Position numbers and translations under genes: made by a program. The notes under the pieces were generated by a model that made no database searches, was not told where the DNA came from, and worked only from the letters and a program-made list of their open reading frames with translations. 64,000 nt of DNA, from assembly GCA_964512445.1 (NCBI GenBank), contig CAZEGS010000001.1:4673-68672 (forward strand), in the 5' to 3' direction. How positions within the stretch are numbered: position 1 is the stretch's first letter; each line of letters begins with the position of its first letter. This document shows positions 17,956 to 25,538 of this stretch, one piece after another. This DNA comes from an uncultured Candidatus Bathyarchaeia archaeon (GTDB lineage Archaea; Thermoproteota; Bathyarchaeia; Bathyarchaeales; DTEX01).

Positions 17956-20900
17956 CTAAGCTTCTACAAATTTAGATAAACTCGTTTGTTTAGTCTCCTC
18001 TCCACTCTCGAATATCGATTTTATCTCCTCCTCGATTAGGAAGATCCGCTGAGCATAATATCTAGGCATATCATATTTCTTAATCAGATTCCGAGCTTCT
18101 TCCAGATACTTCTCTATACTACCACGATAGACCGTTAAGGTAAGTTCACCTCCACACTCGATGCATCTGCCTGATAGCGGAGCTCTCCTATACCTCTTGT
18201 TACATCTTTTGCATCTGAAGCTCTGAGACGTGTATGCCCGAAGATTTCCAGAGATGTCCCGTAGAAAATGTGTTGTGAGCACTATCTCTGCTACCCGTTT
18301 CGCGTCTACAGCTTCAATCTTCTCAGCGAGATGTAGCTGAGCATTCAGTTTATCTCTCATCTTCCGGAGCTTCTTGTATTGACTTTCCTTTGTCGCCTCA
18401 TTAATGTTGGATGTTGGAGTTGTAAATCCGAATCCTTGAAGTTGCGTTTCTTTTCCAAACCTATGCTTGACTATATCAATCATCTTCATTAAGTCTCTAG
18501 CACTTGTGCCTTTCAATGTCTCTTCATAGAACTTCAGGGGATACTTGAATGCCACATCGATTTCATGAGCTTGCCTTTGAATTTCTTGGGGATTTATAGC
18601 TCGAATAATAAATAGAGGAGAATCCATTATTCCTCCTATTCGATTCGGCAGATACTCTCTTGAGAAGTTTAAGAAGGCATCTAATGCCATAATTATGCTG
18701 TCTTCATCTCCATCGCAATCTCTACGCTTGGCGGAATGCCAGAATGGGTGAGCGAAGCATACGTTTAGATCAGTGAAGCCTATTATTCTGCCTAGAACAC
18801 CTGCACATGTATGGGGAGCTAATCCTATCACCAATTTTCCAACGAGGTCTTCGGGGCGGGATACATTATAGAATGGAGGTAGATCATATACTTTCTGTAG
18901 AAGCTCATCCACAAATCTCGTTATACGAATCAGATAATCTATGCTCTTTCTGGGAATCACAATATCCTGAACCTTGAGTTCGCATATCTGATCGGATCTG
19001 ACTAGTGGATCTCCCATATAGTCATGGGTATAACCAAGCTTTCTGAGAGTCTTAATTGAGACGCCTATCTCATTCGGCTTGAAGTGTGTTAAGGGAGCAT
19101 TTGTCATATCAAATCTTACAGTTCCATCCTTGTATACTGACAAGTTATATTTGGCTCTGAGGATTCCCTTCTCAAGAATCTCCGGCGTCTTCGTCTTGTT
19201 TGTTAAGCCCTTTACTCCTTTAATTTGTTTCGGCTTGTATCCAAGCTTTTTACATGCTTTATCAAGTAGGCTCTTTAGAGGTATCGATTGCTCCACATAG
19301 TTTCTGGTTTCAATCTTACAGACTGGACAGACCTCGCTCTTCAGGCTTTTTCCACATCTGGGACAGATGAATTCGAGAACTGTTGGAGATCGACAAGAGG
19401 GGCACAGCTGCATAAATGTTGTTATCTGACACTTTGGACATCTCCGCTTAACTATCTCGACACTTATGGCTCTATGCTCGCAGGCTTTTATGATATCTCT
19501 TTGTGCTCCACCGTTCAGACCGACTGGAAAAAGAATGTGAACCGGAGGAGCCATTTCTCTTTTACTTGCCTTTTCCGGACGCCCAACCCTCGCTCCGATA
19601 AATGTTGGAGCTTTATCTCGTATCTTTATCCCCGAGATTCTAGATAGATTTTCAAGAGTTGAAAGTTCATCGTCTATTTCTTCTTTCCCAGCTCCGTCAA
19701 GTCCAAGAGTGAAGGAGAACGAGTATGCATCTTCATTCTCTATAATTATCTTGTCTTCAACAACTCTGTGAGGAATGCATATCTGTTCAAGCTTCTCCTT
19801 TATCTTTCCAACAAGCTTTCCTTCTATTCGCTTTACTATCCCATTGATTTTCTCCACTTTTGCTTCTAGCAGCCAAGAACGAAGCTCCCTCACATCAGAC
19901 GGGAGAATATTAGCCCAGAAATAAGTATACGCTGGATGAAGAGGAACCTTAAGGGTCAGACTTATCTTTGTAGCTTCTTCTACGCTTGGCACGTCATAGA
20001 ATGGAGACTTAATGTATCTCATTAGAGATTCTGGCGGAATAGAAATCTTCTCCGAAGCTTCCTTCAAGTTCCCGCCGAACCTTTCAGCTATCGCCTCCTC
20101 AACTTCCTCCGCCCACCATTCTTCAGTATAGCTTGCCGGAAGGAGCTTCTTGTTATTGTATAGAAAATCACCGAAGCTCACTAGGAGATCGCCGAGAAAA
20201 AGTATCTTGTCAATTTTATCTTTGATGCGATCATAGTTCTCATAGGAGACCTTGACTACCGAGCCGTCTTTCAACTTTACGACGGGCGGTTCTATCGAGT
20301 CTACGGAGAGAACAACTCCTGACTTGCCGGGAGTCTCAATCTTGATCTGGGTGCCTCCTGCCAAAAAATTCTGAAGGATCCTCATTGTTAATGGATGGAC
20401 GGCAACGGCTGCTAGCCCGGTATTTCTAGATCTTCCATAGCGAAGTCTAAATCCGCCCCTTCTTGAGGGGAAGCTCAGTATTGGGCGGCCGGCTGGAACA
20501 TCCTCCATGAAACCTGATTTTTTCTTTCTTACAGCCTCCCGAATATCTTTCAGCCATTCCCATCCTTCGACTCCAAGACCCTCCACAACTGCAAGTACCT
20601 TTGCAGCTCGCCCAACTATGCCATCGTTTACTACGCGCAGGGCTCCCCCTCGCAGACAGTTTGTTTCAATACGAGGGAGATTGCGGAAAGATGAAACCTC
20701 AATATTGTTTGATGGAATTCCCGTGATTTCTACGGGGAGATTCTTTAAAGCTTTCCTTACTTCTTCATCTGAGACGCGATACTGGAAACGGCCAACCTCC
20801 CTTTCATAAAGCCTTAGTTCCTCTATAAAGCGGCTGATCTCTTCTTCAGTCGGCTTATAGCGATCTAAGCCTAGAAGGCGACGGACAAAATCCGCTACAA

Positions 20901-21387
20901 CTGGCGTGAGGGCAGTCTCTGTCCCACCTGCTGATCGTATCGGACCTGCAAAGTATATGGCGAGATATCTGGAGCCATCCATGTTGGATTTGATGAGTAC
21001 CTTGGATATACCTTCTGAGTATACGGCTGCGGTTACCCCTTCTGTGAGAATTGCAAGGGCGGTTCTAATAGCCAGCGCAGCTAACTTTTCATTATCATAT
21101 CGACCAAACTTTCCCTTAACTATCTCCTCAGCAATCTTAAATGCCATCCTCTCTCTTGACATCTTTTTCGAGAGACTTCGTATTCTCTCAGCAAGTTTTG
21201 GTATACCTATGAAGCCCTCCACAAGCCCCGCGAGATCTTCAGCTATCTCAATTTCGGGGTAAGGTTTTGGATCAAGCCCCAACTTTCTGGCCGCTGCAGA
21301 AATCTCACGAATTCTGTTTAGAGCCTTATCTAAATCTGAGAAGTACTTCTGATACTCTTTTGTTAAGTTCTGAAGCAAATCTATCAC
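17956..21387 (-). CDS. dp2: DNA polymerase II (PolD) large subunit DP2
   Basis: 1143 aa. Contains Zn-finger clusters (CPKCQ...CPSC, CPRCG...CPVC, CKRC...CIECG) and the conserved PolD catalytic core. No intein-sized insertion is seen. Confidence 0.95.
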   Translation of the reverse strand: MIDLLQNLTKEYQKYFSDLDKALNRIREISAAARKLGLDPKPYPEIEIAEDLAGLVEGFIGIPKLAERIRSLSKKMSRERMAFKIAEEIVKGKFGRYDNEKLAALAIRTALAILTEGVTAAVYSEGISKVLIKSNMDGSRYLAIYFAGPIRSAGGTETALTPVVADFVRRLLGLDRYKPTEEEISRFIEELRLYEREVGRFQYRVSDEEVRKALKNLPVEITGIPSNNIEVSSFRNLPRIETNCLRGGALRVVNDGIVGRAAKVLAVVEGLGVEGWEWLKDIREAVRKKKSGFMEDVPAGRPILSFPSRRGGFRLRYGRSRNTGLAAVAVHPLTMRILQNFLAGGTQIKIETPGKSGVVLSVDSIEPPVVKLKDGSVVKVSYENYDRIKDKIDKILFLGDLLVSFGDFLYNNKKLLPASYTEEWWAEEVEEAIAERFGGNLKEASEKISIPPESLMRYIKSPFYDVPSVEEATKISLTLKVPLHPAYTYFWANILPSDVRELRSWLLEAKVEKINGIVKRIEGKLVGKIKEKLEQICIPHRVVEDKIIIENEDAYSFSFTLGLDGAGKEEIDDELSTLENLSRISGIKIRDKAPTFIGARVGRPEKASKREMAPPVHILFPVGLNGGAQRDIIKACEHRAISVEIVKRRCPKCQITTFMQLCPSCRSPTVLEFICPRCGKSLKSEVCPVCKIETRNYVEQSIPLKSLLDKACKKLGYKPKQIKGVKGLTNKTKTPEILEKGILRAKYNLSVYKDGTVRFDMTNAPLTHFKPNEIGVSIKTLRKLGYTHDYMGDPLVRSDQICELKVQDIVIPRKSIDYLIRITRFVDELLQKVYDLPPFYNVSRPEDLVGKLVIGLAPHTCAGVLGRIIGFTDLNVCFAHPFWHSAKRRDCDGDEDSIIMALDAFLNFSREYLPNRIGGIMDSPLFIIRAINPQEIQRQAHEIDVAFKYPLKFYEETLKGTSARDLMKMIDIVKHRFGKETQLQGFGFTTPTSNINEATKESQYKKLRKMRDKLNAQLHLAEKIEAVDAKRVAEIVLTTHFLRDISGNLRAYTSQSFRCKRCNKRYRRAPLSGRCIECGGELTLTVYRGSIEKYLEEARNLIKKYDMPRYYAQRIFLIEEEIKSIFESGEETKQTSLSKFVEA

Positions 21388-21403
21388 TTGAGCTTTTATT
21401 TGC

Positions 21404-21715
21404 TTATTCAGTGTGAATTCTGCAGAGTATAATTGTGGACCACTTCTCTATTGGACGCCCAACGACTTGACGATAAGTATTCTTTGCAAGTTCTACTCTA
21501 TGATTAACGCATGATCTACATCGTTCATGTCTCATGTCTGAAGGCCCATCACACTGACCACAGTTGAGAAGTAAAGTCTCTCCTAAACCTTTAAGATTTG
21601 TCCAAGCAAACTCTCGCTCATCATATTCAGGTTCAAAGTCAGGCCAAATATCATAGAGATCCTCTTGCCCTAAAACTTTCTTTAGGGATGCAAAATAATT
21701 CTCAAATGAGGTCAC
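21404..21715 (-). CDS. small zinc-ribbon protein, hypothetical
   Basis: 103-aa ORF with CGQC-x9-CRSC, tightly packed between the GGGP synthase and dp2 genes on the same strand. Confidence 0.45.
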   Translation of the reverse strand: MTSFENYFASLKKVLGQEDLYDIWPDFEPEYDEREFAWTNLKGLGETLLLNCGQCDGPSDMRHERCRSCVNHRVELAKNTYRQVVGRPIEKWSTIILCRIHTE

Positions 21716-21731
21716 TGCCTTTTCACCTCAA

Positions 21732-22529
21732 TCAGCTAGACTGGCTAGTATTTCTATGTATTACTCCCTCTTTTATGCCTTCTACTATCTCCTTGATCTT
21801 GATCCTAAGCGATTGCGGATCACTCTCCTCCAAAGCAGTACTGGCAACTACGATATCGGCTCCGGCATGAACGATCTCTTTCGCTTGAACCCCTGTTCTT
21901 ACCCCGCCGCCAACAAGAAGAGGTAAATTAACAGTACTCTTCACCATCCTAATAATATTGGATGGAACAGGCTTGCTTACCCCAGATCCGCCTTCTAAAT
22001 AAATGAACCGCATACCCAAGTATTGAGCTGCTAAAGCATGAGCAGCTGCTAAGCCAGACTTGTTATAGGGAATAGGACATGCCTTTCCGATTACCGCTGC
22101 TGCGCCTCCCTCACCTAAAATCATGTAGCCAAGAGGAATCGGCTCTATACGTAATTTTTTAATTAGAGGAGCGGCAAGTACTTGTGCTCCAATTATGAAG
22201 TAGGGATCAGCAGAGTTAAGAAGCGACATGAACCATATTGCATCTGCATATCTGCTGATACCCGTAATATTGTTTGGAAATAGAATTATAGGTATGTTGA
22301 CGCTCTTCTTGATTGATTTAACAATCTCATCGAGATCCTCGGCGGAGACAAGTGTAGAGCCTCCCACCATAATTGCTGAAGCTCCTGCTTTCTCGCCTTC
22401 CTCCGCTATGAGAGAAGCAGACTCGCTAGTGACCTCTTCAGGATCAATTAAGGGTATGAATATGGAGCCTTTTTCTCGAATGCTTCTGAGAAGGTATCTT
22501 TCAATCTTACCTAACATGAACCTTTTCAC
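21732..22529 (-). CDS. geranylgeranylglyceryl phosphate synthase (PcrB/GGGPS family)
   Basis: 265 aa TIM barrel. The FIPLIDPE, MVGGS, FIYLEGGSG and LLVGGGV motifs are typical of GGGPS. Confidence 0.88.
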   Translation of the reverse strand: MKRFMLGKIERYLLRSIREKGSIFIPLIDPEEVTSESASLIAEEGEKAGASAIMVGGSTLVSAEDLDEIVKSIKKSVNIPIILFPNNITGISRYADAIWFMSLLNSADPYFIIGAQVLAAPLIKKLRIEPIPLGYMILGEGGAAAVIGKACPIPYNKSGLAAAHALAAQYLGMRFIYLEGGSGVSKPVPSNIIRMVKSTVNLPLLVGGGVRTGVQAKEIVHAGADIVVASTALEESDPQSLRIKIKEIVEGIKEGVIHRNTSQSS

Positions 22530-22539
22530 CTTTTCAGAA

Positions 22540-22767
22540 CTAACTATAATAGTTGTCGATGAACATGCAGTAGATGTCGACCGCCTCTAGATGCTCCTTT
22601 TTAGGAATCTCTGCAACCAGTCCGCAGCTTCCGCATTTTACAATAGCATTCTCAGAGTTCCTTTTAATTTCGATTTTAATCGCTTCCCTACCACATCTTG
22701 GACAGAGAAACACGCTGGGAAGCTTCTTTTTAGGCATCCGAATAACTTTTCGTCTTCTTCTACCCAT
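22540..22767 (-). CDS. elf1: Elf1-like transcription elongation factor (zinc ribbon)
   Basis: Basic N-terminus MGRRRRKVIRMPKKKLP, then FLCPRCG...VKCGSCG...EAVDIYCMFID, which parallels eukaryotic Elf1 (C4 ribbon followed by VDVYSDWID-like tail). Confidence 0.8.
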   Translation of the reverse strand: MGRRRRKVIRMPKKKLPSVFLCPRCGREAIKIEIKRNSENAIVKCGSCGLVAEIPKKEHLEAVDIYCMFIDNYYS

Positions 22768-22841
22768 CTCTCATCCAACAGAAAATGAATATGGAATATA
22801 TCCTCTCTTAAAGGTTTGCTGTTTTTAATCTATATATTTTA

Positions 22842-22914
22842 GTGTGATGTAACATGTGATCTAAGAATGATGTGTTACATCACAGATCACATCAAGCGAA
22901 TTTAGAGATCACAC
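22842..22914. repeat. palindromic word cluster A (TGTGAT / ATCACA family)
   Basis: TGTGAT at 22843 and 22855. TGATGT-GTT-ACATCA at 22868-22882, nested inside TGTGATCT (22855-62) / AGATCACA (22884-91). GATCACAC at 22907-14. Confidence 0.8.
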
Positions 22915-23229
22915 GTAACGTTGAAGGTTCAGGTTTCAGATAGCAGTCTTAAGAGATTTCTAAGAAACAAAAAGCTCCCTGAAAAACTCGTTTTTGATCA
23001 AGATAAAAATAGGCAATTTTAGTTTAAAATTGCTAATAATCTTTAAAAAATCAAATAAAAACTCGAGTGGAGCGTTTTTTGAGGGTCTCTGTATGATAGA
23101 TTCTGCTTATTGCAAAGGCTTATAAGGTATGATGGGATTAGGGTGTATATAAAATTGTATCCAAATGAGGGGTGATTCTTCCTGAAAGATGAATCTTTAA
23201 AAAATAGTATTAGAAGGTGGCTTTTAGGA

Positions 23230-23673
23230 ATTTTTCGAGACCCTATTGTCGAAATACTTCTAAAAAACAGTCATTTAACAAAAATACAACTAGAAACGCT
23301 TTTAATTGATTTTTTAGCAGAAAAAATGTCCGGAAAAAGAATAGTTTACGAAGACAAAGCTAAGATGAGACTTATAAAAACTGGTGTAAGCCGCGGCTCT
23401 TTCAACCGAACCTTAGCTCAAGCTAAATATAATACTATAAAATCCATCTACACACTTATTCTATTAGGTTATCTTGGGATCCTCGATACGCCACATCTTG
23501 ACCCTTACATTGAAATTTCTAATAGAATAAGAGACTATATGGAAGCATACAGAACTTTTTGGCAGGAAGGAAAACAAACAAAAGAACATCTCAGAATAAT
23601 GCAAATGCTACAGCGAGAACTAGAAGATGGTTTAATGAGGCTTTCTAAGCCAAAATCGATGAGCAATAAGTGA
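23230..23673 (+). CDS. small HTH DNA-binding protein (sigma-70 region 4 / Tfx-like pattern), start uncertain
   Basis: The track start is ATG 23326, but the frame is open from 23176 and reads protein-like (LKNSIRRWLLGIFRDPIVEILLKNSHLTKIQLETLLIDFLAEK). ATT at 23230 lies 9 nt after AGGTGG. HTH candidate: GVSRGSFNRTLAQAKYNTIKSI. Confidence 0.55.
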   Translation: MFRDPIVEILLKNSHLTKIQLETLLIDFLAEKMSGKRIVYEDKAKMRLIKTGVSRGSFNRTLAQAKYNTIKSIYTLILLGYLGILDTPHLDPYIEISNRIRDYMEAYRTFWQEGKQTKEHLRIMQMLQRELEDGLMRLSKPKSMSNK

Positions 23674-23693
23674 TCTGTGACATCACATATCAC
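23670..23693. repeat. palindromic word cluster B
   Basis: GTGAT-CT-GTGA-CA-TCAC-AT-ATCAC, a 24-nt interrupted palindrome overlapping the TGA stop of the HTH ORF. Confidence 0.8.
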
Positions 23694-23793
23694 ACTAGAC
23701 ATTCTAAGTGTTTTCATAAAAGATAAAGAAATAGGCCTATTTTAAAGCTCTTTTTGTGAACAAAAATAATTTTTGGGAAAGTTTTTTATGATG

Positions 23794-23856
23794 CTAGTGA
23801 TATCATATATGATCTGATTGTGATGTGTGACATCACAGGTTGGAGAGTGTGATCTT
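23794..23856. repeat. palindromic word cluster C
   Basis: GTGATATCA; TGTGATGT-GTG-ACATCACA at 23819-23837; GTGTGATCT at 23847-23855. 23806-23840 matches 22853-22887 at 27/35 positions. Confidence 0.8.
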
Positions 23857-23869
23857 GGAAGATTTTACA

Positions 23870-24526
23870 ATGCTGATGATTAATTTACTGCTGTTCTTCT
23901 CGATATCAACAATTCTAGTAATATATATTAAAAAAATTCGGAATGCCGACATAGAGTATACAAAGGCAAAAAGTATCCTAGAAGAAATAGTTCTGAGTTT
24001 TAGTAGGGAAATTCAGGATTTAGAACAGAAAATTGAAGATATCAATGTAAGATTAGAGAATATTCGGATGCTTGATAAGGATCAAATTAAGTCGGAACTT
24101 AACGCTCTTTCTTCTAAGATAGAAAACTTGATGAGCCTATATTCATCTTTAGAGAGAAAGATTGAGAATTTTAAGGCAGAGATTAATAGATTTTCAAGAT
24201 CTATCAGTCAACAAACAGCAGATGTAAGGGAAGAATCAGAGCCGGACATAACACCTAAACCAGCTTTTCATCTAAGAAGAGAAAGAGCTCTAGCGCCTTT
24301 AACACCAACAGAGCTCAAAGTTTTGGAGATTTTATCTACTGAAGGAGATAAGACTGTACGTGAGATTAGGAGTAGGCTTGGATTAACGAGGGAACATACT
24401 GGACGTTTGATGAAGAGTCTATATGATAGAGGATATGTTGAAAGAAGAACAAATAGGATCCCTTATGTATATAGAATTAAGAGGGAGATGGAGAATCTTC
24501 TCAATAGAAATCAAAGTGATTTTTAA
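23870..24526 (+). CDS. membrane-anchored coiled-coil protein with C-terminal MarR/TrmB-like winged helix
   Basis: N-terminal TM MLMINLLLFFSISTILVIYI. About 110 aa of heptad-like sequence (EQKIEDINVRLENIRML...LERKIENFKAEINRF). C-terminal LTPTELKVLEILSTEGDKTVREIRSRLGLTREHTGRLMKSLYDRGYVER. Confidence 0.65.
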   Translation: MLMINLLLFFSISTILVIYIKKIRNADIEYTKAKSILEEIVLSFSREIQDLEQKIEDINVRLENIRMLDKDQIKSELNALSSKIENLMSLYSSLERKIENFKAEINRFSRSISQQTADVREESEPDITPKPAFHLRRERALAPLTPTELKVLEILSTEGDKTVREIRSRLGLTREHTGRLMKSLYDRGYVERRTNRIPYVYRIKREMENLLNRNQSDF

Positions 24527-24527
24527 T

Positions 24528-24926
24528 TCATCTGGTTATAAGAAGACGAAAACGAGTTTTGTTTGAAGATTTCTGTTTAATGAGTAAGCCTCGATTAGCC
24601 AAACGGGATAGATAAGTAGAAACGGTGCTTAAACCTATATGTTCACCTGTAACATTCTCGTATTCTATCTGTACATCTCTCGGAGAAAACCAAGAAGATG
24701 AAAAATTTTTCTCAATTATAGATTTAATTTTTTCAAATTTCGTTAGACTTTCCTCCGCCCTTTCTGAAAACTTATCTTCATGCATTCCTCCAAGAAGCTC
24801 GATCATATCTAAAATTTTGAGAACATTTCTTCTAGAGATCTTCCCCTCCAGCATAATGGTATATCGATTACCTGATTCATCGTAAACTTCAATACGCAGC
24901 TTCCTCGCAGGCAATACCCTCACCAT
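24528..24926 (-). CDS. winged-helix DNA-binding protein, hypothetical
   Basis: 132 aa. C-terminal HIGLSTVSTYLSRLANRGLLIKQK is a wHTH recognition-helix pattern. It is transcribed away from the oriC left flank. Confidence 0.6.
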   Translation of the reverse strand: MVRVLPARKLRIEVYDESGNRYTIMLEGKISRRNVLKILDMIELLGGMHEDKFSERAEESLTKFEKIKSIIEKNFSSSWFSPRDVQIEYENVTGEHIGLSTVSTYLSRLANRGLLIKQKSSNKTRFRLLITR

Positions 24927-25114
24927 AAGCTAAAGGATCATTTCATTTCTCTAGTTACACTTCACAAGTTATAAGATAATCGGTGATATGTGAAAATAAA
25001 AAAAGAAAAATTATGGATAAAATAAAGAAAGAGCCGAAAAATCCAAAAATTTCCAGAGAAACTTCACAGATTTTTTGCGATAACAAAAAAGGAAAAGGAA
25101 AAAGAAAAGGGATC

Positions 25115-25142
25115 AAATCTCCAGTGGAAACGAAGGGGTGGC
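25115..25142 (+). repeat. ORB1 (origin recognition box, forward)
   Basis: AAATCTCCAGTGGAAACGAAGGGGTGG. Confidence 0.85.
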
Positions 25143-25293
25143 CTTTCACAAAAAAGTGAAAATAAATCAGGATTATAAAAAGAAGAAAAACTCAAAAATA
25201 GACTTTTACCTAGTAATTTAAAACAGATTTTCAAAAACAATATATTTTATTCGTACTCAGTGATAAAACTTGTATTTACTGTTAACAACGGAC

Positions 25294-25318
25294 GCACCCA
25301 TATTTTTCCAGTGGAAAT
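25294..25318 (-). repeat. ORB2 (origin recognition box, reverse orientation)
   Basis: GCACCCATATTTTTCCAGTGGAAAT. The reverse complement gives TTTCCACTGGAAAAATATGGGTG. Confidence 0.8.
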
Positions 25319-25395
25319 AAATTTTTTACTTTTCTTATTTCTAAAAAATGAAATAAATATAATCATATATTCACATTCCACGCCCAAAATAATGT

Positions 25396-25427
25396 TATTT
25401 CCAGTTGAAATAATGGGGTGTGGGGGT
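25396..25427 (+). repeat. ORB3 (origin recognition box, forward)
   Basis: TATTTCCAGTTGAAATAATGGGGTGTGGGGG. Confidence 0.8.
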
Positions 25428-25538
25428 TCCTCAATGTGATTTGTTTTATTATCAATTTTTTTGTAGAGCAGATCTTATCTATGAAACCCGATGTGAGCTG
25501 ATTGTCTTTAACAATTCACCGATATCAGAGGATCACAA

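Larger units (their letters stand above)
25045..25430. other. chromosomal replication origin (oriC): ORB boxes plus AT-rich DUE
   Basis: Three ORB elements matching the archaeal consensus TTCCAGTGGAAA(N)GGGG, a degenerate mini-ORB, a homopurine tract (25085-25111) and a 77-bp very AT-rich spacer. It lies immediately upstream of orc1/cdc6. Confidence 0.85.

Noticed and set aside
23128-23186. Second C/D-box-like arrangement on the plus strand: ATGATGG ... ATGAGGG ... CTGA, 59 nt.
   Set aside because: The C box ends in G, D' (TATA) does not match CUGA, and there is no flanking stem. It also overlaps the possible upstream extension of the HTH ORF.
22842-23856. The about 35-47-nt direct repeats A and C could be att sites or terminal repeats of an integrated mobile element carrying the HTH gene.
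   Set aside because: No integrase, transposase or Rep gene lies inside or nearby. The repeats are only about 75% identical and consist of internal palindromes typical of operators. The mobile-element reading is kept only as a remote alternative.
24955-25149. Track ORF of 64 aa on the minus strand, inside the origin region.
   Set aside because: It runs through the homopurine tract and ORB1, and its poly-Phe/Leu translation reflects low-complexity DNA. Not coding.
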